64,000 nt of DNA from Polyangiales bacterium. Its GTDB lineage: Bacteria > Myxococcota_A > Polyangia > Polyangiales > Polyangiaceae. The DNA lies in assembly GCA_038230375.1 (NCBI GenBank), contig JBBRNJ010000042.1:1-64000 (forward strand). The letters are read 5' to 3'. Positions 49,850-61,921 of the stretch are shown here, one piece after another. A program made the position numbers and the translations under genes. Each line of letters starts with the position of its first letter. The first letter of the stretch is position 1. The notes beneath the pieces were generated by a model. It did no database searches, was not told where the DNA came from, and saw only the letters and a program-made list of their open reading frames with translations.

Positions 49850-51133
49850 ATGTGGAAGACCACACTGCGCCTCTTGCCGCTCCAGCTCGTCGCGCGTGGC
49901 GGAGAGGCGACGCTGCCGCTCTTCCTGGCCGCGTGGTTCGGCGGTAGCCGCGAGACGGATCTCTACTTCTTTGCGCTCGCGGTGTTCAAGGTCGCCGGCT
50001 CGCTGGTGTTCGCAGCGTTCCAGGACTCCGCGCTCGTGCCAATCCTGGCCGAGCTGCAGCGCGACGGACGCGAGAGTCGCAGCGCGCTGATGGGCTCGCT
50101 CCTGGGTCACACGCTCCTCTACGGCGGCGCGCTCAGCGCTGCGATCTTCACTGCGTTCGCGGCCGTCTGCTGCGCGCGCTATCAGGGCTCGGACCTCGTA
50201 CTGTCGCTCGCGCTCTCTGCGCCGCTGTCGCTCCTGCTGGTGATGACCGCGCTCCGCACGCTCTTCACTGTCTTCCTGAACGCCGACGGCCGATTCGCCG
50301 CGTCGCCTCTCGCGAGCGCGCTGTCGGTGATCGTGACCGTGCTCACCCTTGTGGTCGGTCATCGCGTCGGCGTGCTGATCGTGCCGTTTGGGCTGCTCGC
50401 GGGCGAGGCCGTGGCGGCGATCGCGCTATGGCGTGCCTTTGGTCGTGCGCCGCGCCCCACGCTGCGTCGCTCGCCTGCTCTCGTTCGCTTCGCGCGGCTC
50501 GCGACCTCGGAGCTCCTGGGCGGCGCGATCGCACGCATGAGCCCGCTCACGGACCAGGTCGCCGCAAGCATCGTGGGCGTCGTTGGCGGCGGCACGCTGC
50601 TCACGTACTCGGGCGACGTGGCCATGGCGCCAACGTCACTCCTTGCCGCGGCGCTCTTTCCCGTGATGCTCACCCAGGTCTCCAAGGAGGTCGCCGCGCG
50701 CGATCTCGTCGCCGCGCGCGCATCGGTGAATCGAGCGCTATTCACGTCGATCGGAGCCCTTGCGGTGGCCGCGCTCGCGCTGTCATTGGTCGCGCGACCG
50801 CTGCTGTCGTTCGTCTACGCGCGCGGTGCGATGGATGAGCGTGCCGTCTCCGTGATGACGGGCGTCTTCCCCTATCAAGCGCTCGCGCTCGTTCCGTTCG
50901 GCGCTGTTCTCATCCTCTCTCGTGCGCACGTGGCGCTACAGAACAGCGCCATCCTGCCGCGGGTCGGCGCGCTGGCGGCCGTCACGAACCTCGCATTCGA
51001 CCTGGTCCTTGGCAGAGCCATGGGCCTCCCGGGCATCGCGCTGGCCACGGCGCTCACGCACGCCGTCGTCGCGACCGCGCTCTTCGCCTCGCTCGATCGT
51101 GCTGTGCGTTTGCGCATCGTTCCCGCCACATGA
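49850..51133 (+). CDS. MurJ/MviN-like (MOP superfamily) flippase
   Basis: Many TM segments; AAWFGGSRETD, YARGAMD and GLPGIALAT. Confidence 0.8.
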   Translation: MWKTTLRLLPLQLVARGGEATLPLFLAAWFGGSRETDLYFFALAVFKVAGSLVFAAFQDSALVPILAELQRDGRESRSALMGSLLGHTLLYGGALSAAIFTAFAAVCCARYQGSDLVLSLALSAPLSLLLVMTALRTLFTVFLNADGRFAASPLASALSVIVTVLTLVVGHRVGVLIVPFGLLAGEAVAAIALWRAFGRAPRPTLRRSPALVRFARLATSELLGGAIARMSPLTDQVAASIVGVVGGGTLLTYSGDVAMAPTSLLAAALFPVMLTQVSKEVAARDLVAARASVNRALFTSIGALAVAALALSLVARPLLSFVYARGAMDERAVSVMTGVFPYQALALVPFGAVLILSRAHVALQNSAILPRVGALAAVTNLAFDLVLGRAMGLPGIALATALTHAVVATALFASLDRAVRLRIVPAT

Positions 51134-51176
51134 CGCATCGCCTGGTCGCTGCGCGCTTTTTTGCTACGCTCCGCAG

Positions 51177-52409
51177 ATGCCTCCGGGTCTGGCGCGTTCG
51201 CTCGTTCTTTTGTCTGCGCTGGCGCTCACGGGCTGCGGCGGCGGTCTCTCCGCGCTCGGTTCGTCCACGTCGCCCGCGGAGCTGCGCCAGAATACGGTCA
51301 GCGTGCGCGTTGCCACGCCCGAGAAGATCGCCGCCGTCTATCACGGCATCGCAGAGCGCATGAAGCTGAAGGGCAAGAGCGACCTCGCCGAGTTCTTCGA
51401 AGGACAGACCGGCGGCGAGTTCGGCAGCGGCTTCCTCATCAGGCGCAACGGGCGAATGCTCGTCGTCACGAATCGCCACGTGGTCGACTTCGCCGACGAG
51501 GCCGAGGTCGCCGTGGAAGGCACCGACGAGGCGTTCCCGGTGCAGGTCCTCTATGCAGATCGCATCTACGATCTTGCGGTGCTCGCGTTCGGCGTGCAGC
51601 ACCCAACGGGCGTGACCGGCCTCAAGCTCGCGCGCTCCAAGATCCACGATCTGGAAGGCGTCGTGGCCACGGGATATCCGGGCCTGGGTGGTCAGCCCAG
51701 CTACCAGGCGACCAAGGGCCAGGTCTCCAACGAACGCTTCACCATGCAGTCGCGCGGGCAGACGCTCACGTACATCCAGCACACCGCGCCGATCGATCCC
51801 GGATCGTCCGGCGGTCCGCTCACCGGCGAAGGCGGCGTCGTCGTGGGCGTGAACACCATGAAGGCGAACGGTCGCGACAACGTGTATCTCGCCGTCCCGG
51901 CCGAGGCGATCGAGGCCGTGCTCAAGCGCGCGGACGCCGTGATCGCAGGGCGTAAGAACAAGGAGTGGTTGATCGCGGGCCTCTCCGACTCGTGCGGAAG
52001 GCTGGTCGCAGGCCTGCGTCGCGACGGAGAGCCATCGATCGAGATCTACGATCTCATCACGAACGACGCGGTCGCGGAGCGCGGGTTCGAGAGCACCGAT
52101 CCTCTCATGAAGGCGGACAAGGAGCTCTCCGATCTCTTCTACGAGAACCCCACGACCACGCTGCGCATCGGCGTCACCATGCGCCTCTGGAAGGAAGCGC
52201 ACGGAAAAGAAGGCCTCCCCGTGGAGTGCATGGATGCGCCCCAGGATCCCGAGAGCAACTCCGTGCGCCTTCAAGTGAAATTCGAACACGCCACGCGCGA
52301 CACCTACTGGCGCTTCGAGCAGGGCTACTGGAAGCTCTCCGGCTTCGACAAGATGACGAACACCACGCCACCGCCCAAGCCGGCGAAGCCGCCCTCCAAG
52401 AAGCGATGA
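51177..52409 (+). CDS. Trypsin-like (S1C) serine protease lipoprotein
   Basis: Lipobox LTGC; GSGF, TNRHVV, DLAVL and PGSSGGPL motifs. Confidence 0.9.
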   Translation: MPPGLARSLVLLSALALTGCGGGLSALGSSTSPAELRQNTVSVRVATPEKIAAVYHGIAERMKLKGKSDLAEFFEGQTGGEFGSGFLIRRNGRMLVVTNRHVVDFADEAEVAVEGTDEAFPVQVLYADRIYDLAVLAFGVQHPTGVTGLKLARSKIHDLEGVVATGYPGLGGQPSYQATKGQVSNERFTMQSRGQTLTYIQHTAPIDPGSSGGPLTGEGGVVVGVNTMKANGRDNVYLAVPAEAIEAVLKRADAVIAGRKNKEWLIAGLSDSCGRLVAGLRRDGEPSIEIYDLITNDAVAERGFESTDPLMKADKELSDLFYENPTTTLRIGVTMRLWKEAHGKEGLPVECMDAPQDPESNSVRLQVKFEHATRDTYWRFEQGYWKLSGFDKMTNTTPPPKPAKPPSKKR

Positions 52410-53434
52410 CCGTCCATCGCTCATCCGCCTTCCTCGCGCTCGCGTGTGGCGTGGCCAGCGCCGCCACCCCGGCCTGCGACGGACTCCTGGGCGCGAACTT
52501 CGATCACGGTGCGGCGTCGGATGGTACGGATGGCGGAGACGGCGCGGCCGGGGCGAACGCGGATGGCGCCGCGAACGGGAATGGCAGCGACGGTAGCGGG
52601 GCCAACGACGGTAGTCCGGGCTTGGTCGACGGAGGTTCTTCCGGAAAAGACGGCGCCGCGGATGCGCGCGGAGGTGACGGCAGCACCACGGCGGAGACGC
52701 CAGCCGACGTGCTCACGAGCGCCCAGCTTGCCCTGTGGCTCGACGCAGACAAGGGCGTCCTCACGATCGGTGGTGGCAAGCAGGTGATGTCTTGGGCCGA
52801 TCAATCGGGCAACCACCACGACGGTGCGCCATTCGGCGCAGGCGGCGGCGATCTCCAGGTGAACGCCAACCAGGTGAACGGACACGCGGCCGTGCAGATC
52901 AATGGTGACGCGGTCAGCATCGGCGATGTGGCGCCCGTGGTCTCTGCCACGCAGGACTTCTACGTGGGCGTGGTGGCCGAGTACACGGTCCTCGGAATGA
53001 ACGATCGCTTCTTCGTCTCGCGCTTCGACGGCTTTCCGCGCGGGTTCGGGCTCTTTGCCGGCACGCAGAACGGCTCCACGGTCGCGGGCTCGTTCGACCC
53101 CAGCGGCGGCGTGATCCAGCCCTCTTCCGTGACCGGCACTGCGGACGGCAAGTATCGCGTCTATGCGATCCGTCGCACTGCCGGCTCCATGGGCAAGGCC
53201 AAGCTCGACGTCCGCGTGAACGGCGTCTCCACCAGCGTAGAGGTCCCATACCCCACGCTGGGAGGTCAGAATGGGCGCCCGCTGATGTTCGGAGGCTCGC
53301 AGCAGATCTCGGCTACCGGCTCCGGCTTCATGATCGGCGCGTTCGCCGAGATTGCCATGGCCGTTGGCACCGTGAGCGACGCGGACATCCAGCGCATAGA
53401 AAATGGCTGGAAGACAAAGTACGCGCTCCCGTAG
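52406..53434 (+). CDS. Secreted protein or lipoprotein with a LamG/concanavalin-like domain
   Basis: Signal peptide with Cys, DGG-rich linker, LALWLDAD...WADQSGN and IENGWKTKY. Confidence 0.75.
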   Translation: MTVHRSSAFLALACGVASAATPACDGLLGANFDHGAASDGTDGGDGAAGANADGAANGNGSDGSGANDGSPGLVDGGSSGKDGAADARGGDGSTTAETPADVLTSAQLALWLDADKGVLTIGGGKQVMSWADQSGNHHDGAPFGAGGGDLQVNANQVNGHAAVQINGDAVSIGDVAPVVSATQDFYVGVVAEYTVLGMNDRFFVSRFDGFPRGFGLFAGTQNGSTVAGSFDPSGGVIQPSSVTGTADGKYRVYAIRRTAGSMGKAKLDVRVNGVSTSVEVPYPTLGGQNGRPLMFGGSQQISATGSGFMIGAFAEIAMAVGTVSDADIQRIENGWKTKYALP

Positions 53435-53456
53435 CCCACAGCAGCGCGCGTGAATC

Positions 53457-53834
53457 CTATTTCTTGGTTACGCGCACGGCGGTTCCGTAGGCCAGGACTT
53501 CGGTCGCGCCTTGTACGAACTCGGTGGCGTCGTAGCGCATCCCGATGACGGCGTGGGCGCCCAGGTCTCGTGCGTGCCTCATCATCAGCAGGTAGGCCTC
53601 CTGGCGCGCGGCGTCGCAGACGTCCACGTACTCCTTGATGTTGCCGCCTGCGAGGCCCTTGAATGCGCCCACGATGCCCTGGCCGATCGACGTGGCGCGT
53701 ACGACGATGCCTCGCACGATGCCCAGGTACTCCGTGATCTCGTGGCCGGCGAGATCGGGCCCCGTGGTGACGATTACGAGCGCCGCCTCTGGATGCGCGC
53801 CGCGGAAAGGGCCTTCTTGCTGGTGTTCGCTCAC
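53457..53834 (-). CDS. YbjQ (UPF0145) family protein
   Basis: YLGIVRG, GAHAVIGMRYD and AYGTAV motifs. Confidence 0.9.
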   Translation of the reverse strand: MSEHQQEGPFRGAHPEAALVIVTTGPDLAGHEITEYLGIVRGIVVRATSIGQGIVGAFKGLAGGNIKEYVDVCDAARQEAYLLMMRHARDLGAHAVIGMRYDATEFVQGATEVLAYGTAVRVTKK

Positions 53835-53856
53835 GTCATACCTCTCGTGTTGGCTG

Positions 53857-55260
53857 CTATTTCTGCGCTGTCATGCTGCCGAGCGCATCGTAGGCGGCGT
53901 ACTTGAATGTCTCGCCCAAGGTCGGGTAGTTGAAGACCATGTCGATCAGGGTGTCGACGGTGCCGTTCAGCGTGATCACCGTCTGGCCAATGTGCACGAG
54001 CTCGCTCGCGCGGTCGCCGATGATGTGGCAACCGACCAGCTTGCGGCTTCCGCGATCGAAGACGAGCTTGATGACGCCGTCCTTGTCTCCGATGATCTTG
54101 CCGCGTGCGTTATCGCGGTAGAGCGCGCGTCCCACGACGTAGTCGACCTTCTTCGCCTCGCACTCTTCCTCGGACAGGCCCACGGAGCTCACCTCGGGGA
54201 TGGTGTAGATCCCGTACGGAAGCAGCGTGGACATGTGGTCCTTGTACGTGAGGCCGAATGCATGACACACGGCCACGCGCCCTTGCTCCATGGACGTGGA
54301 GGCGAGCGCAGGGAAGCCGATGACGTCGCCCGCGGCGTAGATGTTCGGCACCTTCGTCATGTAGTTGTGGTCGGTGACGACGTAGCCGCGCTTGTCGACC
54401 TCCACGCCGAGCGCCTCGATGCCGAGCTCCTTCGTGCGACCGGTGCGACCCGAGGCCACGAGCAGCCGCTCGGAGTCGAGCTCCCTGCCGCTCTCGAGCG
54501 TGCACACGATACCGCGGCCGTCCACGCGCTTTGCGCCCCGCGGCTTCTCCGAGAGCAGGATGTCGATGCCGAGCCCCTTCATCGCGTCGGACAGGCGCGC
54601 GCCCATCTCCAGGTCCAGGAACGGCAGCAGCCTGTCGCGGCCCTCGACCAGGGTCACCTTCACGCCCATCGCCGCGAACATGGTCGCGTACTCGCAGCCG
54701 ATCACGCCGCCGCCGAGCACGGTCATGCTCGCGGGCATCTTGTCCATCTTCAGGATCTCGTCGGAGTCGTCAACGCCCGGATCGTCGAACGGGATCGTGG
54801 GCGGGTGGAATGGCGCGGAGCCCGTGGCGATCAGGAAGACCTCCGCCGTCACACGCAGCGTGGCGCTGCTCTTCACCTGGATCTCCGCCGTGTGCGCGTC
54901 CAGCAGCTTTGCCAGCCCGCGAATGCACGTGACGCCGTGCCGCTCGAAGTTCCAGCGGAAGCGCTCCACCTCGCTCTCGACGACCGCGTCCTTGCGCGAG
55001 AGCAGCCGCGGCGCCGCGAGCTTCGGGTCCACGTTCACGCTCACGCCGTACAGCTCGTTCTGGCGATAGCCAGATAGAAACAGCGCTGTCTCTCGCAGCG
55101 TCTTCGACGGAAGCGTGCCCGTGTGCACGGCGGCGCCGCCCGGTGAGGGCTCGCGCTCCACGATGGCGACCTTCTTCTTGAAGTACGCGGCCTGCACCGC
55201 GCCCTTCTCTCCCGCCGGCCCCGCCCCGAGCACCACGAGATCGTACTCGTACTTTGCCAC
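53857..55260 (-). CDS. sthA: Soluble pyridine nucleotide transhydrogenase
   Basis: GAGPAG, HTGTLPSKTLRE, GGGVIGCEYA, GDVIGFPALASTSMEQGR and FNYPTL motifs. Confidence 0.93.
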   Translation of the reverse strand: MAKYEYDLVVLGAGPAGEKGAVQAAYFKKKVAIVEREPSPGGAAVHTGTLPSKTLRETALFLSGYRQNELYGVSVNVDPKLAAPRLLSRKDAVVESEVERFRWNFERHGVTCIRGLAKLLDAHTAEIQVKSSATLRVTAEVFLIATGSAPFHPPTIPFDDPGVDDSDEILKMDKMPASMTVLGGGVIGCEYATMFAAMGVKVTLVEGRDRLLPFLDLEMGARLSDAMKGLGIDILLSEKPRGAKRVDGRGIVCTLESGRELDSERLLVASGRTGRTKELGIEALGVEVDKRGYVVTDHNYMTKVPNIYAAGDVIGFPALASTSMEQGRVAVCHAFGLTYKDHMSTLLPYGIYTIPEVSSVGLSEEECEAKKVDYVVGRALYRDNARGKIIGDKDGVIKLVFDRGSRKLVGCHIIGDRASELVHIGQTVITLNGTVDTLIDMVFNYPTLGETFKYAAYDALGSMTAQK

Positions 55261-55274
55261 GTCAGCCTACCGCT

Positions 55275-55898
55275 TCACTTACCAGGCTTCGCGCCTTCGG
55301 GCTTCGGGAGCTCGAGCTCCACGTCGACCGGTGTGTCGGCGCCGCCCCACGGTGGGAACGTGAGGCTGCTGAATGCGTGCACAATACACCGACCCGGGGG
55401 TGTGCCGTCGTACGGTGCGGGCACGGTGGCTCCCTTGGAGTGTCCGTTGCGCCCGAGCATCACGGAGATGGTGACCTTGCCCCAGGGGCCCGCGGGCTTG
55501 CCGGTGTCGTCGGTCGCGAGGCCGCAGTTGGCCTTCACCTGGCGGATCGCGCGGTTCAGCACGATGTCCGTGTGCTCCTTGTCGTACTGATCGGAGCGAC
55601 GCGTGGGGGGCGAGGCAACAGGTGGTGCGCTGCTGCCGCTGTTCGTGGTGGCAGCGCTGCCGGCACTGGAGCCCGAGCCGCTCGAGCCCGAGCCGGTGTC
55701 GGAACCTCCAGAGCCGCTGCTGCCAGAGCCGGTGTCGTGCGGCTTCTGATCGTCGGCGGTCGCGCCTTCCCATTTCTCGGTCGCTCCGTCACCCTTGGTT
55801 TCCTTGGAGGAGGGATCGGTCGTCTTCTTCTGACCACCACCGCAGGCGATCACAAGGCCGCCGATACAGACCAGCGACGCGAGAGCGAGGGTTCTCAT
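55275..55898 (-). CDS. Hypothetical lipoprotein
   Basis: Lipobox VIAC, Ser/Gly linker, two-Cys C-terminal domain resembling that of 47733-48227. Confidence 0.8.
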   Translation of the reverse strand: MRTLALASLVCIGGLVIACGGGQKKTTDPSSKETKGDGATEKWEGATADDQKPHDTGSGSSGSGGSDTGSGSSGSGSSAGSAATTNSGSSAPPVASPPTRRSDQYDKEHTDIVLNRAIRQVKANCGLATDDTGKPAGPWGKVTISVMLGRNGHSKGATVPAPYDGTPPGRCIVHAFSSLTFPPWGGADTPVDVELELPKPEGAKPGK

Positions 55899-55995
55899 GA
55901 AGGGGATTGTGCCACTCCGAGCGGGGAGAGAGAAGTCTCACGTGGAGCACGGAAGAGTGGACCGGGACGACCTCGACCTCGACGCGGGCCTCGAC

Positions 55996-57360
<1,365 letters not shown>

Positions 57361-57535
57361 GGGGTACGCAATTATTGCTATGCCATCTTGGCTAAAAAAC
57401 CAAGCCCCGAAGCCAAGGCCAAATCAAATCGGCAAATGTTGCGTACCGGCACGACCCGTGTCGCTCGGGTCCACCGGCTGGTTTCCGGCGATGGAGCTTG
57501 GAGAAGGCGTGCGTGGTTTGTAAGGATCCGGATTC

Positions 57536-59449
57536 GTGACCGCTTCCACCGCCACGCACGACCCCGCGAAGGACTCGCACAGCGGTCTCGCCAAGCTCGC
57601 GCTGGGTGCGCTCGGTGTGGTCTACGGAGACATCGGCACCTCGCCGCTCTACGCGGTGGAGGAGTGCTTCTCCAAGAAGTACGGCCTGGAGCCGGACGAG
57701 GCGAACGTCCTGGGCATCATGTCCCTCGTCTTCTGGGCACTCATCCTGGTGGTCGTCGTGAAGTATCTGTCCTTCATCATGAAGGCGGACAACAAGGGTG
57801 AGGGCGGCATCCTTGCTCTCCTCGCGTTGTTGATACCGCGCTCGCCGGAGAAGGCGCGCACGCCGCGCTACATCGTGCTCGTGATGCTCGGTCTGTTCGG
57901 TGCCGCGCTGCTCTACGGCGACGGGATGATCACTCCTGCCATCAGCGTGCTCAGCGCGGTCGAAGGGCTCGAGGTCGCGACCAGCAGGTTCCACCCGTTC
58001 ATCATTCCCATCACGGTCTGCATCCTGGTCGCGCTCTTCCTGGTGCAGAAGCGCGGCACCGCCGGCATGGGCGCCATCTTCGGTCCCGCGATGCTCCTGT
58101 GGTTCGTGGTGATCGCCGGCATGGGCCTTCCGTGGATCGTGAAGGAGCCGCGCGTGCTGTGGGCCGTGTACCCGGGCCATGCAGTGCACTTCATCGCGCT
58201 GCACGGCGTGCGCGGCTTCCTGGTGCTCGGCGCGGTGGTGCTCTGCATCACCGGCGGTGAGGCGCTCTACGCGGACATGGGCCACTTCGGAAAGCGCCCC
58301 ATCCGCATCGCCTGGTATGCGCTGGTCCTTCCTTCGCTGCTCATCAACTACTTCGGGCAGGGCGCGCTGATCCTCGCGTCGCACGGACATCCGCCGGAGA
58401 AGCTGTTCTACGGCATGGTGGACGGATGGGTTCGCTATCCGCTCGTGGCGCTCGCCACCGTGGCCACCGTCGTCGCGTCGCAGGCGCTCATCAGCGGCGC
58501 GTACTCGCTCACGCAGCAGGCCGTGCAGCTGGGCTACTGCCCGCGCGTGACGATCGTCCACACGTCGGGTGAGGCGGCAGGACAGATCTACGTCCCGGAG
58601 GTCAACAACGCGCTGATGGTCGCGTGCGTGGCGCTGGTGCTCTCGTTCCGCGAATCCGGCAACCTGGCCGCCGCGTATGGCATTGCCGTCACAGGGACCA
58701 TGAGCATCACGTCGCTCCTGTTCTACGTGGTCGCCACGCATACGTTCGGCTGGCCAAAGCCCGTCGCGTTCGCGCTGACGTCGTTGTTCCTCGTCTTCGA
58801 TCTCACGTTCTTTGCGGCGAACGCGGTGAAGATCGCGCAGGGGGGTTGGTTCCCGCTCGCGGTGGCTGCGGCGGTCTTCACCATCATGACCACATGGAAG
58901 CGTGGGCGTCGCGCGCTGGCCGTGGTGATCGCAGAGGCCACGCTGCCGCTGGACATGTTCCTGACGGACGTGGAGCTGACCAAGCCGCACCGCGTGAAGG
59001 GCACCGCCGTCTTCATGACGTCGAATCCCGACGGCGCGCCGCCCGTGATGCTGCATCACCTGAAGCACAACAAGGTCCTGCACGAGCAGATCCTCCTCCT
59101 CTCCATCGTCACGTCGCACGAGCCCGAGGTGGAGTACGCCCAGCGGCTCTCACGCGTGCATGGTCTAGGGCAGGGATTCTTCCAGATCACCGCCGAGTAC
59201 GGCTTCATGCAGACGCCCAACGTCGAGGAGATCATGCGCGCGTGCGGGGAGGCCGGCATCAAGTGCGAGGCGAACGAGACCAGCTTCTTCCTGGGTCGCG
59301 AGACGCTCATCATCACCGACAAGAAGGGCATGGCGCGCTGGCGCAAGGTGCTCTTCACCTTCCTCGCCAAGAACGCCCGCCCCGCCAACGCCTTCTTCCG
59401 CATTCCCCCGAACCGCGTCGTCGAGCTCGGCACGCAGATCGAGTTCTGA
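57536..59449 (+). CDS. kup: KUP-family potassium transporter
   Basis: GVVYGDIGTSPLYA, GEGG, EALYADMGHFG and VELG motifs. Confidence 0.97.
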   Translation: MTASTATHDPAKDSHSGLAKLALGALGVVYGDIGTSPLYAVEECFSKKYGLEPDEANVLGIMSLVFWALILVVVVKYLSFIMKADNKGEGGILALLALLIPRSPEKARTPRYIVLVMLGLFGAALLYGDGMITPAISVLSAVEGLEVATSRFHPFIIPITVCILVALFLVQKRGTAGMGAIFGPAMLLWFVVIAGMGLPWIVKEPRVLWAVYPGHAVHFIALHGVRGFLVLGAVVLCITGGEALYADMGHFGKRPIRIAWYALVLPSLLINYFGQGALILASHGHPPEKLFYGMVDGWVRYPLVALATVATVVASQALISGAYSLTQQAVQLGYCPRVTIVHTSGEAAGQIYVPEVNNALMVACVALVLSFRESGNLAAAYGIAVTGTMSITSLLFYVVATHTFGWPKPVAFALTSLFLVFDLTFFAANAVKIAQGGWFPLAVAAAVFTIMTTWKRGRRALAVVIAEATLPLDMFLTDVELTKPHRVKGTAVFMTSNPDGAPPVMLHHLKHNKVLHEQILLLSIVTSHEPEVEYAQRLSRVHGLGQGFFQITAEYGFMQTPNVEEIMRACGEAGIKCEANETSFFLGRETLIITDKKGMARWRKVLFTFLAKNARPANAFFRIPPNRVVELGTQIEF

Positions 59450-59456
59450 GCCTCAC

Positions 59457-60659
59457 ATGATGTTCGGCATCGACACGCTCACGCAGGAATCACCGCTCGT
59501 GCGGTGGCTCGTGGGCAAGCGGGTGGGCGTGCTCGCGCACCCGGCGTCCGTCGATCGCGGCCTCTCCCATCTGGGCGACAAGCTCGCGCAGCTCGGCATC
59601 CGCCCCACGGTCTACTTTGGTCCCGAGCATGGCTTCGGCGGCGAGGCGCAGGACATGGTCGGCGTGTCCGACGCGCGCACGCCCGACGGCACTCCGATCC
59701 GCTCGCTCTACGGCGAGAACGAGGCCGATCTCGTTCCGAAGGAAGACGACCTTCGCGCGTTGGATGTACTCCTCATGGATCTCGCGGACGTCGGCTCGCG
59801 CTACTACACGTTCGTGTGGACGTGCCTGCTCGTCCTGCGAAAGGCGGCTGCGCTCCGCGTGCCCACGGTCCTCCTCGACCGTGCGAACCCCCTTGGGCGT
59901 GCCATCGAGGGTCGCGTGCTCCAGCCGAACTACCGCTCGTTCGTGGGCCTGGAGCCCATTCCGATTCGCCACGGCATGACGGTCGGTGAGATCGTGGCGC
60001 TGTTTGCTGCGCGCGAGAAGATCTCCGCGGACCTGTTCTCCATCATCCCTTGCAATGGTGTGCCCGACGACGCTGACGCGCCTGCGTGGGACCGGCCGTT
60101 CGTCATCCCATCGCCGAACATGCCCACGTACGCGACCGCGCTCGTGTACCCCGGCGGCTGTCTGCTGGAGGGGACGAACCTGTCCGAGGGCCGCGGTACC
60201 ACACGCCCGTTCGAGCTCGTGGGCGCGCCGTGGCTCGATGGGAAGAAGCTGGCAACCGCGCTCGCGTCGCTCGAGCTGCCTGGATTCGTTGCTCGCCCGC
60301 TCACGTTCTTTCCGCAGTTCCAGAAGCACGCAAAGGTAGTCTGTGGCGGCGTCCAGATCCACGTGACGGATCGGCGCACGTTCCTCCCCGTCGCCGTCTA
60401 CACTGCGGTCATCGCACTTGCTCATCATCACCACCCGGACGCCTTCCGCTTCCGCACCGAGCGATACGAGTTCCGCGACGACGTGCCCGCGCTGGATCTG
60501 CTCGCCGGCGACGCCGAGACGCGGGAGCGCATCACGCGCGGCGAGTCCCCACGCAACATCGCGATGGACCTGTCCCGCACCGGCCCCGTAGAGCAAGCGC
60601 TCCTTCCCGAGGCACGCGCCGCGCTCGCATCGTTCGCGCAGGGGCACGCGTGGCAGTGA
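59457..60659 (+). CDS. DUF1343 / NamZ-like exo-beta-N-acetylmuramidase
   Basis: FGPEHG, SLYG, DVGSRYYT, PSPNMP and SEGRGTTRPFE motifs. Confidence 0.9.
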   Translation: MMFGIDTLTQESPLVRWLVGKRVGVLAHPASVDRGLSHLGDKLAQLGIRPTVYFGPEHGFGGEAQDMVGVSDARTPDGTPIRSLYGENEADLVPKEDDLRALDVLLMDLADVGSRYYTFVWTCLLVLRKAAALRVPTVLLDRANPLGRAIEGRVLQPNYRSFVGLEPIPIRHGMTVGEIVALFAAREKISADLFSIIPCNGVPDDADAPAWDRPFVIPSPNMPTYATALVYPGGCLLEGTNLSEGRGTTRPFELVGAPWLDGKKLATALASLELPGFVARPLTFFPQFQKHAKVVCGGVQIHVTDRRTFLPVAVYTAVIALAHHHHPDAFRFRTERYEFRDDVPALDLLAGDAETRERITRGESPRNIAMDLSRTGPVEQALLPEARAALASFAQGHAWQ

Positions 60660-61849
60660 GCGAAGAGGACCACGCCGCGCTCGTCGGTCGCACGATCGCC
60701 GGGAAATTCCGCATCGAGAAGTATCTCGGGGGTGGCGCCATGGGCGCGGTGTACCTTGCGCGGCAGACCGCGCTCGAGAAGAACGTCGCGGTGAAGGTGA
60801 TGCACCCGCGCCTTGCCGCGGAGAAGAACTTCGCGACGCGTTTCCAGCGGGAGGCGAAGGCCGCGTCCCGCCTGGACCACGTGAACTCGGTGCGCATGCT
60901 CGACTTCGGCGAAGAGCCCGACGGCCTCCTCTACCTTGCAATGGAGTACCTGGAAGGTCGCAGCCTGCATGAGGTCATTGTCCAGGATTGGCCGCTCTCG
61001 AAGGCGCGCCTTGTTGACCTCCTGTCACAGGCGCTTGCCGCGCTCGCCGTCGCGCACGACATGGGCGTGGTGCATCGCGATCTGAAGCCAGAGAACCTGA
61101 TGATCCTTCCCGTGAAGGATGACGAAGGACGCATGACGGACCTGGTGAAGGTCTGCGACTTTGGCATTGCCAAGCTCATGGATGGACCGCAAGACGGCGC
61201 CTCGTTCATCAGTACGGCTGGCGTCACCACGCAGGGCATGGTGGTGGGCACGCCCGAGTACATGTCGCCCGAGCAAGCCAAGGGCGAGGCGCTCGATGCC
61301 CGCAGCGATCTCTATTCCATGGGCGTGATCCTCTACCAGCTGCTGGTGGGCCGCGTGCCGTTCCACGCGGACAGCGCGATCGAGATCGTCCTCTCGCACG
61401 TCAACAAGCCGCCGCCGCCGCCCCACGAGATCTACCCGCAGGTGGATCCCGAGCTCGAGGCAGTGTGTCTCCGCGCGCTGCGAAAGAACAAGGACGAGCG
61501 CTACCAGAACGCGCGCGAGATGCGCAGCGATCTCCGCGCCTCCGTGTTCGGACGCGAGCGGTTGCCTTCGGTCTCGCCGCTCGCCGCCGCGCCCTCGGGC
61601 TCCGTCTCCGCGATCCCGGTCCCCGAGCCCGCGCAGTTCGGCACCGCGCCCACCGTCGCGGGCATGGTGGCCCCGACCATTCCCGACGCCAGCGGCCCAG
61701 TCCCGGTCCCGGTCCGAACGGACGAAATGCCCACCCCGCTCCGGCAACAGACCGCCGCCGTGCCGCGGACGTGGAGCCCGCTCGTGGCGGTGGTAGCGCT
61801 CATCGTGGTGATCGCCGCCGCCTACACGACCTGGCTCGCCATCCGCTGA
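60656..61849 (+). CDS. Ser/Thr protein kinase with a C-terminal membrane anchor
   Basis: LGGGAMGAVY, VAVK, HRDLKPEN, DFG and GTPEYMSPE; GTGA overlap with the upstream gene. Confidence 0.95.
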   Translation: MSEEDHAALVGRTIAGKFRIEKYLGGGAMGAVYLARQTALEKNVAVKVMHPRLAAEKNFATRFQREAKAASRLDHVNSVRMLDFGEEPDGLLYLAMEYLEGRSLHEVIVQDWPLSKARLVDLLSQALAALAVAHDMGVVHRDLKPENLMILPVKDDEGRMTDLVKVCDFGIAKLMDGPQDGASFISTAGVTTQGMVVGTPEYMSPEQAKGEALDARSDLYSMGVILYQLLVGRVPFHADSAIEIVLSHVNKPPPPPHEIYPQVDPELEAVCLRALRKNKDERYQNAREMRSDLRASVFGRERLPSVSPLAAAPSGSVSAIPVPEPAQFGTAPTVAGMVAPTIPDASGPVPVPVRTDEMPTPLRQQTAAVPRTWSPLVAVVALIVVIAAAYTTWLAIR

Positions 61850-61921
61850 GGACGGCAGGCCTGCCAAAAAATCATCCGAGCCCCCTTGCGAACCGACGAA
61901 GGGGGCCACAAATCAATTGTA

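Noticed and set aside
57361..57535. Possible riboswitch upstream of kup (GGCGATGGAG resembles a fluoride riboswitch start; c-di-AMP switches often precede K+ transporters)
   Set aside because: The pairing partner and downstream conserved elements are absent, and I see no ydaO-type consensus.
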